Below, piece after piece: positions 10,119 through 23,564 of a stretch of 64,000 nt of DNA. The notes below the pieces were generated by a model. It was given only the letters and a program-made list of their open reading frames with translations, was not told the DNA's origin and did no database searches. The position numbers were made by a program, and so were the translations under genes. Source of the stretch: Schmidtea polychroa (lineage: Eukaryota); NCBI GenBank assembly GCA_044892525.1, contig CM097885.1, positions 17,672,001 to 17,736,000 of the forward strand, read 5' to 3'. Positions within the stretch are counted from its first letter, which is position 1. Each line of letters starts with the position of its first letter.

Positions 10119-10757
10119 ATGGAATTACGAAATGATGCAGTATACCAAATCGTTGGTCCAAGTGGTAGCGGAAAAACATTATTTGTTTGTAAAGTACTAA
10201 AATCAAATTTGTTCAAAACAAAATTCAACAATATTTATTGGCATAGGGGCGCCGATGAAGAACACGAATTGGCGCAATCAAGTCTCTGTCAGTTGAAAAA
10301 CATGAAAATAGTAAAGGGTTATGATAAAAACTGGTCAAGTCGTTTGAAAAAAGATGATGTCATCATTATCGGTGATTTGTATCAAGAAGCCAATAAAGAA
10401 ACGGATTTTAATAATTTATTCACAAAAATCAGCATACATGTTGGAGTAACAGTTATTTTCATAACACAAAATCTATTTCATCAAGGTGGTGCACATCGAA
10501 CACGTAATTCAAATGTACAATATTTAGTTATTTTCAAGAATCCTAGAGATGCAACTGTCATTGATTTTCTTGGACGACAAACATACCCTAATAACCGTAA
10601 TTTTCTTATCAATGCATTTCAAGATGCTACGAAAATACCTCATGGGTATATATTTTTCGATTTCACACAACAATGTCCTGATGATATACGGGTAAAAACA
10701 GATATTTTCAACCCAAAAGGTGCCATGGTTTATAAACAAAGTTCAAAACAAATTTGA
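10119..10757 (+). CDS. Polinton DNA-packaging ATPase (A32/FtsK-HerA type)
   Basis: Walker A GPSGSGKT, degenerate Walker B (IIIGDL), FITQNLF and YLVIFKNPRD motifs. Confidence 0.92.
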   Translation: MELRNDAVYQIVGPSGSGKTLFVCKVLKSNLFKTKFNNIYWHRGADEEHELAQSSLCQLKNMKIVKGYDKNWSSRLKKDDVIIIGDLYQEANKETDFNNLFTKISIHVGVTVIFITQNLFHQGGAHRTRNSNVQYLVIFKNPRDATVIDFLGRQTYPNNRNFLINAFQDATKIPHGYIFFDFTQQCPDDIRVKTDIFNPKGAMVYKQSSKQI

Positions 10758-10770
10758 AAACATATAAATA

Positions 10771-11265
10771 ATGTTTTCAAAAACAAGGATATCGAGTAAA
10801 AAACAACCAAAGGTTCCACCAACAACTAGTTATACTCCATCGAAAGAACTTATTACAGAAAATTTTGCTGCAATGAATCTTATTTCGAAAAATCCTAAAC
10901 CTAAACCTAAAAGTAAAACCACTAAGAAAGTAAAAGTTGTTAAAAATCATCGGAGTTTCCCGTTTTTCAATACATTGTTAAAGGCAACAAGTATGAAAAG
11001 AAACAGTATTTTGCAATCATTTCAAAATTATGTTGTCGATGATTTACTCGATATTATACTTAAAGTAGTCAAAGGCAAGATTAAAATCAGTAAATCTAAA
11101 AAGCAATTATTGAGTAAACATAGGAAACCTTTGCTATCATTAGTAAATAATAAAAATCGTCAACAAATGAGAAAAATTATATATAAACAACAAAGGGGAT
11201 TTATCGGTGCATTGATACCTTTAGCAATAGCATTATTAGGTGGAATAATAGGAAGTCAATCATAA
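10771..11265 (+). CDS. Basic Polinton virion/core protein
   Basis: K-rich, with a C-terminal hydrophobic RGFIGALIPLAIALLGG, positioned between ATPase and integrase. Confidence 0.65.
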   Translation: MFSKTRISSKKQPKVPPTTSYTPSKELITENFAAMNLISKNPKPKPKSKTTKKVKVVKNHRSFPFFNTLLKATSMKRNSILQSFQNYVVDDLLDIILKVVKGKIKISKSKKQLLSKHRKPLLSLVNNKNRQQMRKIIYKQQRGFIGALIPLAIALLGGIIGSQS

Positions 11266-11326
11266 ACAATGGGTGTTAATCCTTCATTACCAGACATTAA
11301 ATTTAATATTAAATCTTCTTACTGTA

Positions 11327-12465
<1,139 letters not shown>

Positions 12466-13234
12466 ATTTATATCCTTTTTTTCCAAGTAATAGTTGCCCG
12501 CTTATTCATCCGGATAATCAAGCCAGTAAATTCATGGTCAATCTCCAGAATCCGATTTCTTTAAATGGTGACTGAGAAGTTGCACTGCAAGATTTTACAT
12601 TCGTGTACAATACATTCCCATTTTATAGTCAATGTAAGATTGATTTCAAAAGGAATGCTATGAAAACATGTAGTGGTATCTTTATTATCAGTAATTATGA
12701 TAAAACATATCATATTCCGAATCAAATATTAGATCCGCATTGCTCTATGTTTTACAAGGATGGATTAAATATCAGTTGTGATTTTAAACCATTTACAATA
12801 ACATTCGAAACTATTGAAGATGCCAAACGATTGGGTTGCAATAAGTTGAAAAATGAAGTTATGGAAACAGAATACTTATTACGCTTTGATCTATTTGAAG
12901 CAAAGTGTAATGAAAGAAGAAATCAAAATATCAGTGTCGTATAATAATGAAGTTGAAGAATCATTCACCTTTGCTGACGAATTATATATTGATAAACTTG
13001 ATGTGTTACTTAAATATTTAAAGTACAATTGTTCACACATATTTAAAAGTTTGGACATTGTGAAAGATTTAAATGTAACTTAAAGTTTGAATGATGACAT
13101 TTGTGAGGTTACATTTGATAAAAATTTGACAAATACACTTGGATTAGAGAAGCAGCAATATCGGGAAAAATCGGCTGGTATACGTAAACCAAGAATACTT
13201 GAACATCATCAACAAATGTTCATATATACTAATA

Positions 13235-14270
13235 CAGTAGATTTCGCTTATAGAGAACTTGCTTAAAGAGAACAAAATCGGTTAAAGAGAATTTTTTGGT
13301 TTAAAAACGGCATTTACCCCAATTTTTCAGTGTAAATGTTCTCTTTAACCGATGATCGGTTAAAGAGAACAATTTTTTATTTTGGGTTTATTTTTTTCGA
13401 AATACAGTTTATTTTAGACAGTAAACATATAATTTAATTATTTTTGTTTTAAAAAGGTAATTGATTAAATGGTAACCTGATTAAAGGTTATTTGATTAAT
13501 TGAAAATATTATTTTACTTAAAAATTTTAGGCCATAATGAAATCAAGTTCTAGGACAATTCTAACACTCAAACAGAAATTTGAAATCATAGCACTTTTTG
13601 AGAAAGGAGAAAGCCAAGCATCATTGGCCAGAAAATATAAAATATCACCTTCATCAATATCAAACATTTGTCACAAGAAAAGGGAAAAAATACTTGAGGC
13701 CTACAGTTCCAGGCCTTCGTCAACCAAGAAACTGAAACAATCTTTTCATGATGATTTAGATATTCAGTTAAGGCATTGGTATTTGCTGCAACGATCCAAA
13801 AAGATTCCCATTAACAGTGTATTACTTATTGAAAAAGCTGATCAAATTGCCAAATACCTAAAGATTCAAGATTTTACTTGCACAATGAGTTGGATCCAAC
13901 GTTTTAAAACTCGGCATTCTCTTGTTTTCGGATCTATTTCTGGAGAAGCTGGTGATGTAAATAATGAGTTGGTGGCGTCGTGGCTTAAAAATGAGTGGCC
14001 GGAAATTAGGAAAGGTTATGGTAACAAAGATATTTTTAACTGGCCATTTACAAGAAAGTTTAATAGCAATTGAATCAGATTTGGAGAAGATTTTACTCAA
14101 GAAAAAAACCAGGCAACGGAAAATAACTGAGTTTATTTTCAAAAAATAAATGTGTTATGTAGTTAGTAAAATTTTTTGAATATTTTTAAAATTATCCTTA
14201 TTAAAAAGTATCGGTTATAGAGAACATTTTTTCAAGTCCAAAAAATGTTCTCTTTAAGCGGTATCTACTG
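13235..14270 (+). mobile_element. Tigger/pogo-type DNA transposon, internally deleted
   Basis: TIRs CAGTAGATTTCGCTTATAGAGAAC / GTTCTCTTTAAGCGGTATCTACTG with a TA duplication. Confidence 0.92.
13537..14073 (+). pseudogene. Tigger transposase N-terminus (CENP-B-type HTH domains), DDE core deleted
   Basis: LTLKQKFEII...LARKYKISPSSISNI and WIQRFKTRHSL...SGEA. Truncated at DIFN and joined to a C-terminal tail. Confidence 0.88.
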
Positions 14271-15930
14271 TATTATTGAGCCTATAATTGTTGGCGATTC
14301 AAGTGTTCCTCTATTGAAATCGGTGTGGATTGGAAAATATGAACATGGTGAAGTTGTCAATATAAATATAGATAATCCCATGTATTTATCAATTTCAAGC
14401 TCATGTATAAACAATATAGAAATAAATATTCGTGACGATAGTGGAAAACTTATAAACTTCCCAAAAGACTCAAAAACTCATTTGACACTACATTTTCGTA
14501 AAGTAGATGGCTAATTCTGATATTATTAGTATGTATAGTGATAGCCAATCTGGCGGTGAATTACCATATTTTATTGGTAAACAGTACGGATCAGGTTGGT
14601 TAAAAACAATAGGGAGATTTGCACTTCCTATTATTAAACGTATTGGTAGTTTTGGCATGAAAACTTCTAAAGACGTGATTATGAATGAACACAAAATATT
14701 ACCATAGTAGATGGATAGGGCATCGCTAGATCAGGGGCCCGCTAGATCACATACCCCCCCCCCGGACGGAAAATTTTTAAAAAATTTTCTAAGTCTAAAA
14801 GTACATTTTTTTCAAGGTCAAATTTTAAACAAAGACATATGACTCATCAAGGTCATTTAAACAAAGACCATGACTCATCAAGGTCATTTCAAGGTCATTT
14901 AAACAAAGACCATGACTCATCAAGGTCATTTCAAGGTCATTTCAGGGTCGCGTGACTCATCCAAGGTCATTCCCAAGGTCATATGACTCATTGTGATGAC
15001 TCATCAAGGTCATATTATTATTTTTAAAAAATATTATTTTATTATTATTATTCAAAATATTATTAGTGATCTAGCGGGCCCCTGGTTTTCGTTTGCCCAA
15101 ATGTTTTCGTTCCAATCATCGATAGCTTATAGCTTTTATCGATAGCTTATTTTGAAGCTTAGTGCAAGACCTTTCGAATGAGCTATTGAAGGTATCATCA
15201 TCATTAATATTGACAAAGTTATTAACGTTTTCCCGAGATCATTTTCAAGGTCATTTGACTATTTTATTATTATTTTTCAAAATATTATTTTTTCAAGGTC
15301 ATATTATTATTTTTCAAAATATTATTTTTTCAAGGTCATTTTTTTTTCAAGGTCATTTTTTTTCGAGGTCATATTTTAAATTTTAAATTTACAGAGTTGC
15401 CGTCAACAAATATTATTCAACGATAGCTCATTTTAAAGCTCGATCCAAGACCTTTCGATTGAGCCATAGAAGGTATCATCATCATTAATATTGACAAAGT
15501 TATTAACATTTTACCAAAAATCATTTTCAAGGACATATAATTATTCAAAATATTATTAGTGTTCTGGCGGGCTCATGGTTTTCGTTTGCCTAAATGTTAT
15601 CGTTCCCATTATCCGAATTTATTAATCGATAGCTTAATTTAAAGCCCAGTGCAAGATCTATCTACTGATATATAAATATTATTATTATCATTATTATAGG
15701 CAAAATTATTAACGTTTTCCCGAGATCATTTTCAAGGTCATTTGACTATTTTATTATTATTTTTCAAAATATTATTTTTTCAAGGTCATAGTATTATTTT
15801 TCAAAATATTATTTTTCAAAGTCATTTATTATTTTCAAGGTCATTTATTATTTTCAAGGTCATTTATTTTTTTCAAGGTCATTTATTTTTTCAAGGTCAT
15901 TTATTTTCTCAAGGTCATTTATTTTCTAAG

Positions 15931-15985
<55 letters not shown>

Positions 15986-15992
15986 CTATATA

Positions 15993-16441
15993 CTCTGAGT
16001 TTATCCGACAAAATATTCTGTCCCCCTATGGGTAATGCTCACAAGGGTACTGATCACCAGGGTACTGCTCACACTCGACAAGTCACATGGGTATTGTTCA
16101 CAAAGTTACTGGTAAAAATATTCAAGACAAAACTTTAACAAAGAAATTATACTTTAAATATACACTAAAATTTATTACCACATTCACATTCATCATCTCC
16201 ACAGTTCATAACATTTTCAACAACATGATCTATACAATGTTTACTGATTGTTGTTATATAGTTGTAGGTTGATAATGCTTAGTACCTGGTTGTTGTCGGT
16301 TGTAAGTACTTAGTATCTAGTTGTTAGCTGGTTGTTGGTATCTAGTATCTAGTAAATGGGTAGGTGGGGGTTGAGTGTTAGCAATACCCTTACGACCAGT
16401 ACCCTTAGGGGGTCAAAACATCCTGTCGGATAAACTCAGAG
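15993..16441. mobile_element. MITE-like unit within C
   Basis: Inverted ends CTCTGAGTTTATCCGACA flanked by TA. Confidence 0.6.
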
Positions 16442-17499
16442 TATATATAATAAAACTGATCAACAATAAGTATTTATTGAATGCGATTTTTACATTGCAA
16501 TAATAAGTCAGTAGTAATCAATTTAAAGAAGAATGTTTTGTAAATTAGAATTCTATAGTCTTTCATTTTAATTTAAATTATCATCAATCCCACGTAGTGA
16601 TGAGTTGACAATTATTCATTTTTTGATGAAAATCCTCATTTTTGTTAAATTTAGACATTTTGAAAAGGTTTTTCTACTGATTGTAATTAAACATATTTTG
16701 AAGACAGATAAAAAATTAATTTAAAAATCATTTCATAAAATACAATGAAGAATATTTAGTTGATTGTAAGTAGTTAGTTGTAAGTATCTGGTTGTTTGAG
16801 AGTTAGTTAGTACGAGGTATCATGTTGAAAGTATTTGGTATCTAGCTGTTTGTTAGAAATACATTGTTGTAAGTATTTGATTGTAAGTATCTGGTTGACC
16901 TTTTAAATTTTGACTTAAACATATTTGATTGTAATAATTTACAAACAAATAATGTTTTCCCACATCCCTTGGATCAATAATTTGATATACTGTATCATTT
17001 CTCAATTCCATTTTAATTAATTTAATCTATTAATATTATTTATATTTGTTTTAATTAATTGTTATACATGAATAAAAAATATTCAAATATAATTACTTTA
17101 TTAATGCTTAGCAATATAAAGTATTATTTTTATTATTATTTTTATTAATATTATTTTATTATCATTATTATCATTATTATTATTTGTAAAATTTGCATCT
17201 AAATTTTCTTTAAAAACTATTTCATTAAAATTTTCATTTCTCAAAACCTGACTATCATTCAAACTTTTTTATAATAGATTAAAAATTATTACTTTAATTA
17301 AAAATTTATGTCCATAATTTACTTTAATTTAATTATTACTATCAATTCTCATTCTCTTTCTAAATTTATTAGTTAGTTTTAAAATTTACCCTTTTCATTT
17401 ACTATTATTTTTATTAGTAGTGGTTAATTGAAATCTGTCTTTGAAATTAATTTAATATAAATTTGTATTTAATTTTGACTTGGAAAATTATTTCATAAA

Positions 17500-17712
17500 A
17501 ATTTTACACTGATTGAAAATAAGCTAACGAAAAAACTGAACGATGTTAAGAGAAGGTATTTAACTTGTTCAATTTGTAAAGAAAATCAAGTTTCGGTTTT
17601 GTATTTACCGTGTGGTCACGTAATTGTTTGTTCTAAGTGTCACGAGAAGAATGTTCACAATTGTCAAGCCTGTTCAACACTGATTAATGAATATCATACT
17701 ATATACATGTAA
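17500..17712 (+). pseudogene. IAP/MDM2-type C3HC4 RING finger fragment
   Basis: Manual translation: CSICKENQVSVLYLPCGHVIVCSKCHEKNVHNCQACSTLINEYHTIYM*. Not in the ORF track and no clear start. Confidence 0.8.
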
Positions 17713-18269
17713 GTTCTCAATACAAATCAATACAATATCAAAGTCAAATGAATTATTACCATACATAATGATGGTACTATAATGTAGAAAATTTTCAAAC
17801 ATTGAATAATATGAAATAATCTTGGTAATTAAATATATTGGGCGCAACTAACAAATGGTGATGATATATTCTTAGGACAATTCTGTGACTATTTTAGGAA
17901 CTAATTAACAATTTATATTGAGGAGAACATTTAACAAATTCATAGAGATTTTATATACTTTTCTGCGAAATATCATTTGGAGATATTAATTAGTAAATTC
18001 TTTAGCAAGAAACATGTTTATTTCACATTCAGCAAAATTATATTCAATTTATGCATGTTTGATAGAAAAACATGATTATTTTAGAAATCAATTCATAGGT
18101 ATATTAAAAGCAAGATCATTTAAGTCTTAAATTTTAAGATATCATTCAGTAAATGAATTCTTAGATAATATAGTATTTTTGAGTATTTTTTAGTTAATTT
18201 TTAAAATAACAGTATTTTGATGTATCAATAAAGACAATTTGGGTAGCATATTGCAAGTTCTTATATATA

Positions 18270-20100
18270 CTCCGAGTTTATCCGACAAGATATTCTGTCC
18301 CCCTAAGGGTATTGCTAGCAAGGGTACTGCTCACATTCAACATGTCGCAAGGGTATATTAATTAGTAAATTAAGGTACATGTATATCAGTTAGAAATTAC
18401 TAGGTAATTTAGTGAGATGATCAGAAATTCGTGAATATTTGAAATGTAACTTTACACTTATGTTGAGCGATTAATTTATTGGTTAATTTTTTAGACATTT
18501 AAAGCAAAAGGTAATTTATTCATCTAATGTTCGTTACAATAGTTAATATAATTTATATAACTTCGTGAGAAATACATAGTCTAATAACAACAACATTCAA
18601 CAATTCATTTGGAGTAAATTTCTGTCTTTGTTCGAGGCAAAAATATTTAAAGGAGTCAGAGTCATAATAGATCATTTGGTTATCATTTAACCAAATAAGG
18701 TGCTCATTAGTTAGAAATACATGTTCAATTCTTTTTTAATTTAATATTTAGCAAAGGTAATTTAGCACAATATCATTTATCCACCTGATAACAATATTCC
18801 TTCAATAGATTAACTGATATTCAACTTATGTAATTTCTGGAAATATAATTAAAATCATAAATTTCCTTCATGAAAGTTAAATTTTCTTTAGTTGTCGATG
18901 TTCAAATCTTTTAAGTCAATATTTTTGTTACCGTTACTTCATAATGAATGTCCGTCTTTAACATGTTAAATAAAATAATTTAAAGCAATAACCTTTGATA
19001 TCAATTATCTCTAAAGATTTCAAATATTTCATTGTCAAAACCAAGTAAATTAGTCATTAACCCTAAACACTTTAATAAATCCTGGATAATTAATAGACTA
19101 TTTCCGTTGAAACATTTCCAATAAGAACATCACCCATTTAAATATTCAAAACATTTCCACCCTAACCGATCCCTCACCAAATATTTCTACCCCTGTAAAC
19201 ATCCAATCGAATATATCCCCCCTAAAATACTATATATTCACAACTTAACCGAACCCTAACTAAATCCAACCAACTATAATTTACCCACTTGAGCCCTTTA
19301 ATATATCTTAAAATCTATAGAAAATTCTTCAAAATATGAATTTTATTTAATTGTTACAGATATTTTTCTATTGAAATAATTTAGTAGCTAAATTCAAAGA
19401 GTCCACTAAAAGATCAAAATAAATATTTAACCACATGTATCATCAAATACCTAACTAGAGATGATAATATTTCATTGATTCATCATAATTCTTCATCGAT
19501 TCAACTAATTATAACAATTATAACATGATATATCTTTTAAACTAAATCACAATTTTCAGTATATTGTACAATAATTTTCAAGTAGATTTCAAATATATCA
19601 TTATCGTGAAAAAAAAATTTAGCTGGTTTCAACTATAGATTTTCAATATTTTAAAGTTCATCAATGTGTAAATATTCTTAGAAAAATATATGAAAAAATT
19701 ATTTAGTCAAATTCAATATCATTACAAAGTCATCATCATCAAATTTATCCTATCACTTGATTATTAGCCTCATTAAAAATTAATTTTTATCTAAAATTTA
19801 AAAACTAGTCAATAAATATAGCAAATTATCAAGAAATTAATTAAATTTATCTTAGAATTAACACTAAAATTTTTAAATATTCTTTCAATTAACATGAAAT
19901 TCACAAAAAATGTTAGTAAAATCCCGCTAACTCTAAAAAAAAAAATTACCAATGAATTTAATGCCAAATAATAACCAAAAATTTGCCTAAATAAAATCAT
20001 TAAAACACACCAGTACCTTTACGACCAGTACCCTTACGACCAATACCCTTACAAGCAGTACCCATAGGGGGAGAAAATATGTTGTCGGATAAACTCAGAG
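18270..20100. mobile_element. Second MITE-like unit of the same end family within C
   Basis: CTCCGAGTTTATCCGACAA ... TTGTCGGATAAACTCAGAG, TA on both sides. Confidence 0.6.
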
Positions 20101-20950
20101 TATATATAATAAAACGAATTAACAATAACTCCATCAAATTGAATCAGTCAAATTATCACAAATTTTAATGAAAAATCTTATTCTAAAATGGTAAGCAGCG
20201 TAAAATCGAAAGATAATTTTAATAACACAGAGATAAATAATATTTTGAAAAATAATAATAAAATAGTTAAATGACCTTGAAAATGATCTCGGGGAAACGT
20301 TAATAACTTTGTCAATATTAATGATGATGATACCTTCAATAGCTCATTCGAAAGGTCTTGCACTAAGCTTCAAAATAAGCTATCGATAAAAGCTATAAGC
20401 TATCGATGATTGGAACGAAAACATTTGGGCAAACGAAAACCAGGGGCCCGCTAGATCACTAATAATATTTTGAATAATAATAATAAAATAATATTTTTTA
20501 AAAATAATAATATGACCTTGATGAGTCATCACAATGAGTCATATGACCTTGGGAATGACCTTGGATGAGTCACGCGACCCTGAAATGACCTTGAAATGAC
20601 CTTGATGAGTCATGGTCTTTGTTTAAATGACCTTGATGAGTCATATGTCTTTGTTTAAAATTTGACCTTGAAAAAAATGTACTTTTAGACTTAGAAATTT
20701 TTTTTTAAAATTTTCCGGCCGGGGGGGGGGTATGTGATCTAGCGGGCCCCTGATCTAGCGGTGCCCTATCCATCTACTTACCATCCCTAAAAACAAATGC
20801 TTTAGCTGAGTTAGGGAAGGTTCTACCTGGAGTTGCTGGTATGTTTCAAAGAGATACGCCTCCAGCCCCAGCCCCAGCTCCAAAACGTAAATGACATGGA
20901 ATATTGCGTATAAACAAACGAATGAAAGGACATGGAACTATATTTGCAAA

Positions 20951-21260
20951 ATGATTTGTGGTAAATCCGAATTATGTATATTTGATAGACCATCGCGTCA
21001 AGCGGTAATCGAATTTGGGGCCTTTGAGGAAGCCTTTCCTATGAATTCAATTACTGATAGTAGAAATGATATCGAGTTTTATATTAATGGTTCACAAACT
21101 GAATATTTAGATTTGAACGATACTTTATTGACTGTTCAGATCAAGGTTGTAGATAAAGATAGAAAAGTTTTGGATGCCAATGCGGATGTATTACCAAACA
21201 ATTTCCTGTTTCATATTCTGTTTAAAGATGCAGTGTTGGGATTTAATAATATCAAGATTG
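20951..21260 (+). pseudogene. Polinton A major capsid protein, N-terminal fragment
   Basis: KSELCIF...IEFYING...YLDLNDTLLTVQIKV...PNNFLFHILF is a typical Polinton MCP start. Truncated after ~100 aa. Confidence 0.82.
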
Positions 21261-21468
21261 AGAACATTGGATAGCTATATATTTGAAACCTAGTAATATA
21301 TTCGTATTCGATCCTATGGGTTTCTATTATCCTGCTTTGTTGATATCAAAACTGCAAACAATTGGGAAACCTAATGTATATAATAAAACTATGTTTCAAA
21401 ATCCATTGACTCAAACATGTGGTCAACACTGTTTGACATGGTTGTTTTATAAAAAATTTGATGGTTAA
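21260..21468 (+). pseudogene. Polinton A adenain-like cysteine protease, C-terminal fragment
   Basis: EHWIAIY...FDPMG...FQNPLTQTCGQHC (H, D, Q, C catalytic residues). Confidence 0.85.
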
Positions 21469-21883
21469 TTAATGTATACTGTATGATTTTTATTTGTTGA
21501 CTATTTTAATTAATTTTTTAAAATATTATTATTTGTTAAATATTATTATTTTATGTTTAAAATATTATTATTATTTGTTAAATATTATTATTTTATGTTT
21601 AAAATATTATTATTATTTGTTAAATTTTATGTTTAAAAATATTATGTAATACTATTACATGTTCAGTGCATGGACAGTGCAAAGTAACAAAGCACTGAGT
21701 AATAAAGACATGTAAAGGTCATTATTTCGTCATGGTTTGTATAAACAAACATGTTGTATCTTTTGCTATCCTATCTCTATTTTCATTGGTCGGTTAATAA
21801 AACCTGTAATATCTCTCTTATATAGTCTACACTTTCATTTTTTCATCACTTTTAAAAAACTATTAACAACAATTAACAACAAC

Positions 21884-22150
21884 ATGAACAACAATATTCA
21901 AAGAGTTAACGGAAAAATCGTCGGAGGAATTAATGGTAAATTTATTATTTTATTATTTTTAATATGATTATTAGGTACTAATCAACAAATTAATATGAAT
22001 ATCGTCGGACAAGCTGTAGACTTGAATAGAATAAATGGTAATAGTTTACTATTATTATCATTATTATTTTTATTGTGCTTTTAGATGGAAATGTAATAAA
22101 TACTTCTGCTGGTTCTGATGCTGGAAAATTTCTTTCGAAAGGACGAAAAT
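21884..22150 (+). CDS. Putative small spliced gene (exons 21884-21935, 21975-22037, 22085-22150)
   Basis: GT-AG introns of 39 and 47 nt, all junctions phase 1, open frame MNNNIQRVNGKIVGGINGTNQQINMNIVGQAVDLNRINDGNVINTSAGSDAGKFLSKGRK. Confidence 0.5.
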
Positions 22151-22196
22151 GTAATATTTATTTATTGTTATAAGTTTTTGAGGTTTTTAAGTTTTT

Positions 22197-22383
<187 letters not shown>

Positions 22384-22959
22384 AAGAAGATTATAAAGAA
22401 GCTTATGAAAGGAAGATTTATGAAAAGAAGATTTTTGAAATGAAGATTCATTAAATATGATGATTTTGAAATGAACATTATAATAATATAATTAATACTT
22501 TTGTATATTATTTGGAATCATAATTTATTTTAATTATTTATGAAAATAAAATATATTTTAGAAAATGAATTATTTATTTATGAAACCGAATTAAATTATC
22601 TATTTTTTATAAGATACTATTTAAAGGAATAATCTTATAAATATGTATTTATTTTTTCGTGAAAAAATGATGATTAGGAAAAGAACATTATGAAAAGAAC
22701 ATTACAATAACTTTTGTATATTATTTGGAATCATAATTTATTTTAATTATTTATGAAAATAAAATTTAGTTTAGAAAATGAATTAAATTATTTGTGAAAA
22801 CGAATTAAATTATATATTTTATAATATTTTTTATAAGATACTATTTAAAAGACAATTTTGAATAATATCTTATGAAAAAATATCTTAAACTTTGAAAATG
22901 ATTATTAAAATTATCTTAATATTTTTTAAACATTTTATGATAAAAATATTTTCATTGGT

Positions 22960-23382
22960 TTGAAATATCAAAACTTTTGTAATAGTCAATATCATAATGA
23001 CTGCGATGATATAATGGAAAGATATTATAGTCATAAATATAACGGTGTCACCTACATCCTATGCCCTAAATGTGAGGTTATTGAAGTTATAACGTATAAG
23101 GAATTTTTTAATAAGCATAGACTCCATCTCCAACAATTTAAACCTTCTAAGAAATCTCTTTTCTATAGCTTATATAAATCGTTTGTTAACAATAATAATA
23201 TCAACAACAATAATAATACTAACAACACCAATAATAATAATGATATAAACGAAATAAATAATCTAAAAGATCAAGTAAATAAATTAAATGATCAAATGAA
23301 TAATCTAATTAATATGAATAAAAGAAAAAATAATGAAAAAATAAATTTAATACCAATTAAAAATCTAAAGTTATTGATGTAA
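22960..23382 (+). CDS. Hypothetical ORF with a CxxC/H motif, possibly detached 5' part of pPolB
   Basis: LCPKC...NKHRLH followed by an N-rich tract, directly upstream of pPolB, non-ATG start. Confidence 0.35.
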   Translation: MKYQNFCNSQYHNDCDDIMERYYSHKYNGVTYILCPKCEVIEVITYKEFFNKHRLHLQQFKPSKKSLFYSLYKSFVNNNNINNNNNTNNTNNNNDINEINNLKDQVNKLNDQMNNLINMNKRKNNEKINLIPIKNLKLLM

Positions 23383-23564
23383 TCACAATAAGTGATGATG
23401 ATGTAATAATCAACATAAGTGATGATGAAATTGTTAATAATAATAGTAGTAGTAATATTTATTATAATAATGGTATTAATAATAATTATAATAATATTAA
23501 TCAAATAGGTTATGGTGTCGTAGATGTCACCAGTGATTTAAATAATAATCATATTATATTAAAA

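Larger units (their letters stand above)
14706..20778. mobile_element. Non-autonomous Polinton-type element C
   Basis: AGTAGATGGATAGGGCA...TGCCCTATCCATCTACT ends, ~550-580 bp TIRs (14706-~15288 / ~20235-20778), 6-bp TSD TACCAT, no core genes. Confidence 0.9.
14507..20894 (+). pseudogene. Small Polinton core/membrane-active protein, split by element C (14507-14705 + 20785-20894)
   Basis: QSGGELPYF...QYGSGWLKTIGRFALPIIKRIG amphipathic segment. Rejoins in frame across the TSD as HKILP|SLKTNALAELGK. Confidence 0.75.

Noticed and set aside
14245..14270. ATG start of the 89-aa ORF 14245-14514
   Set aside because: The start lies in the Tigger TIR, and the remainder is the 3' end of the interrupted penton gene.
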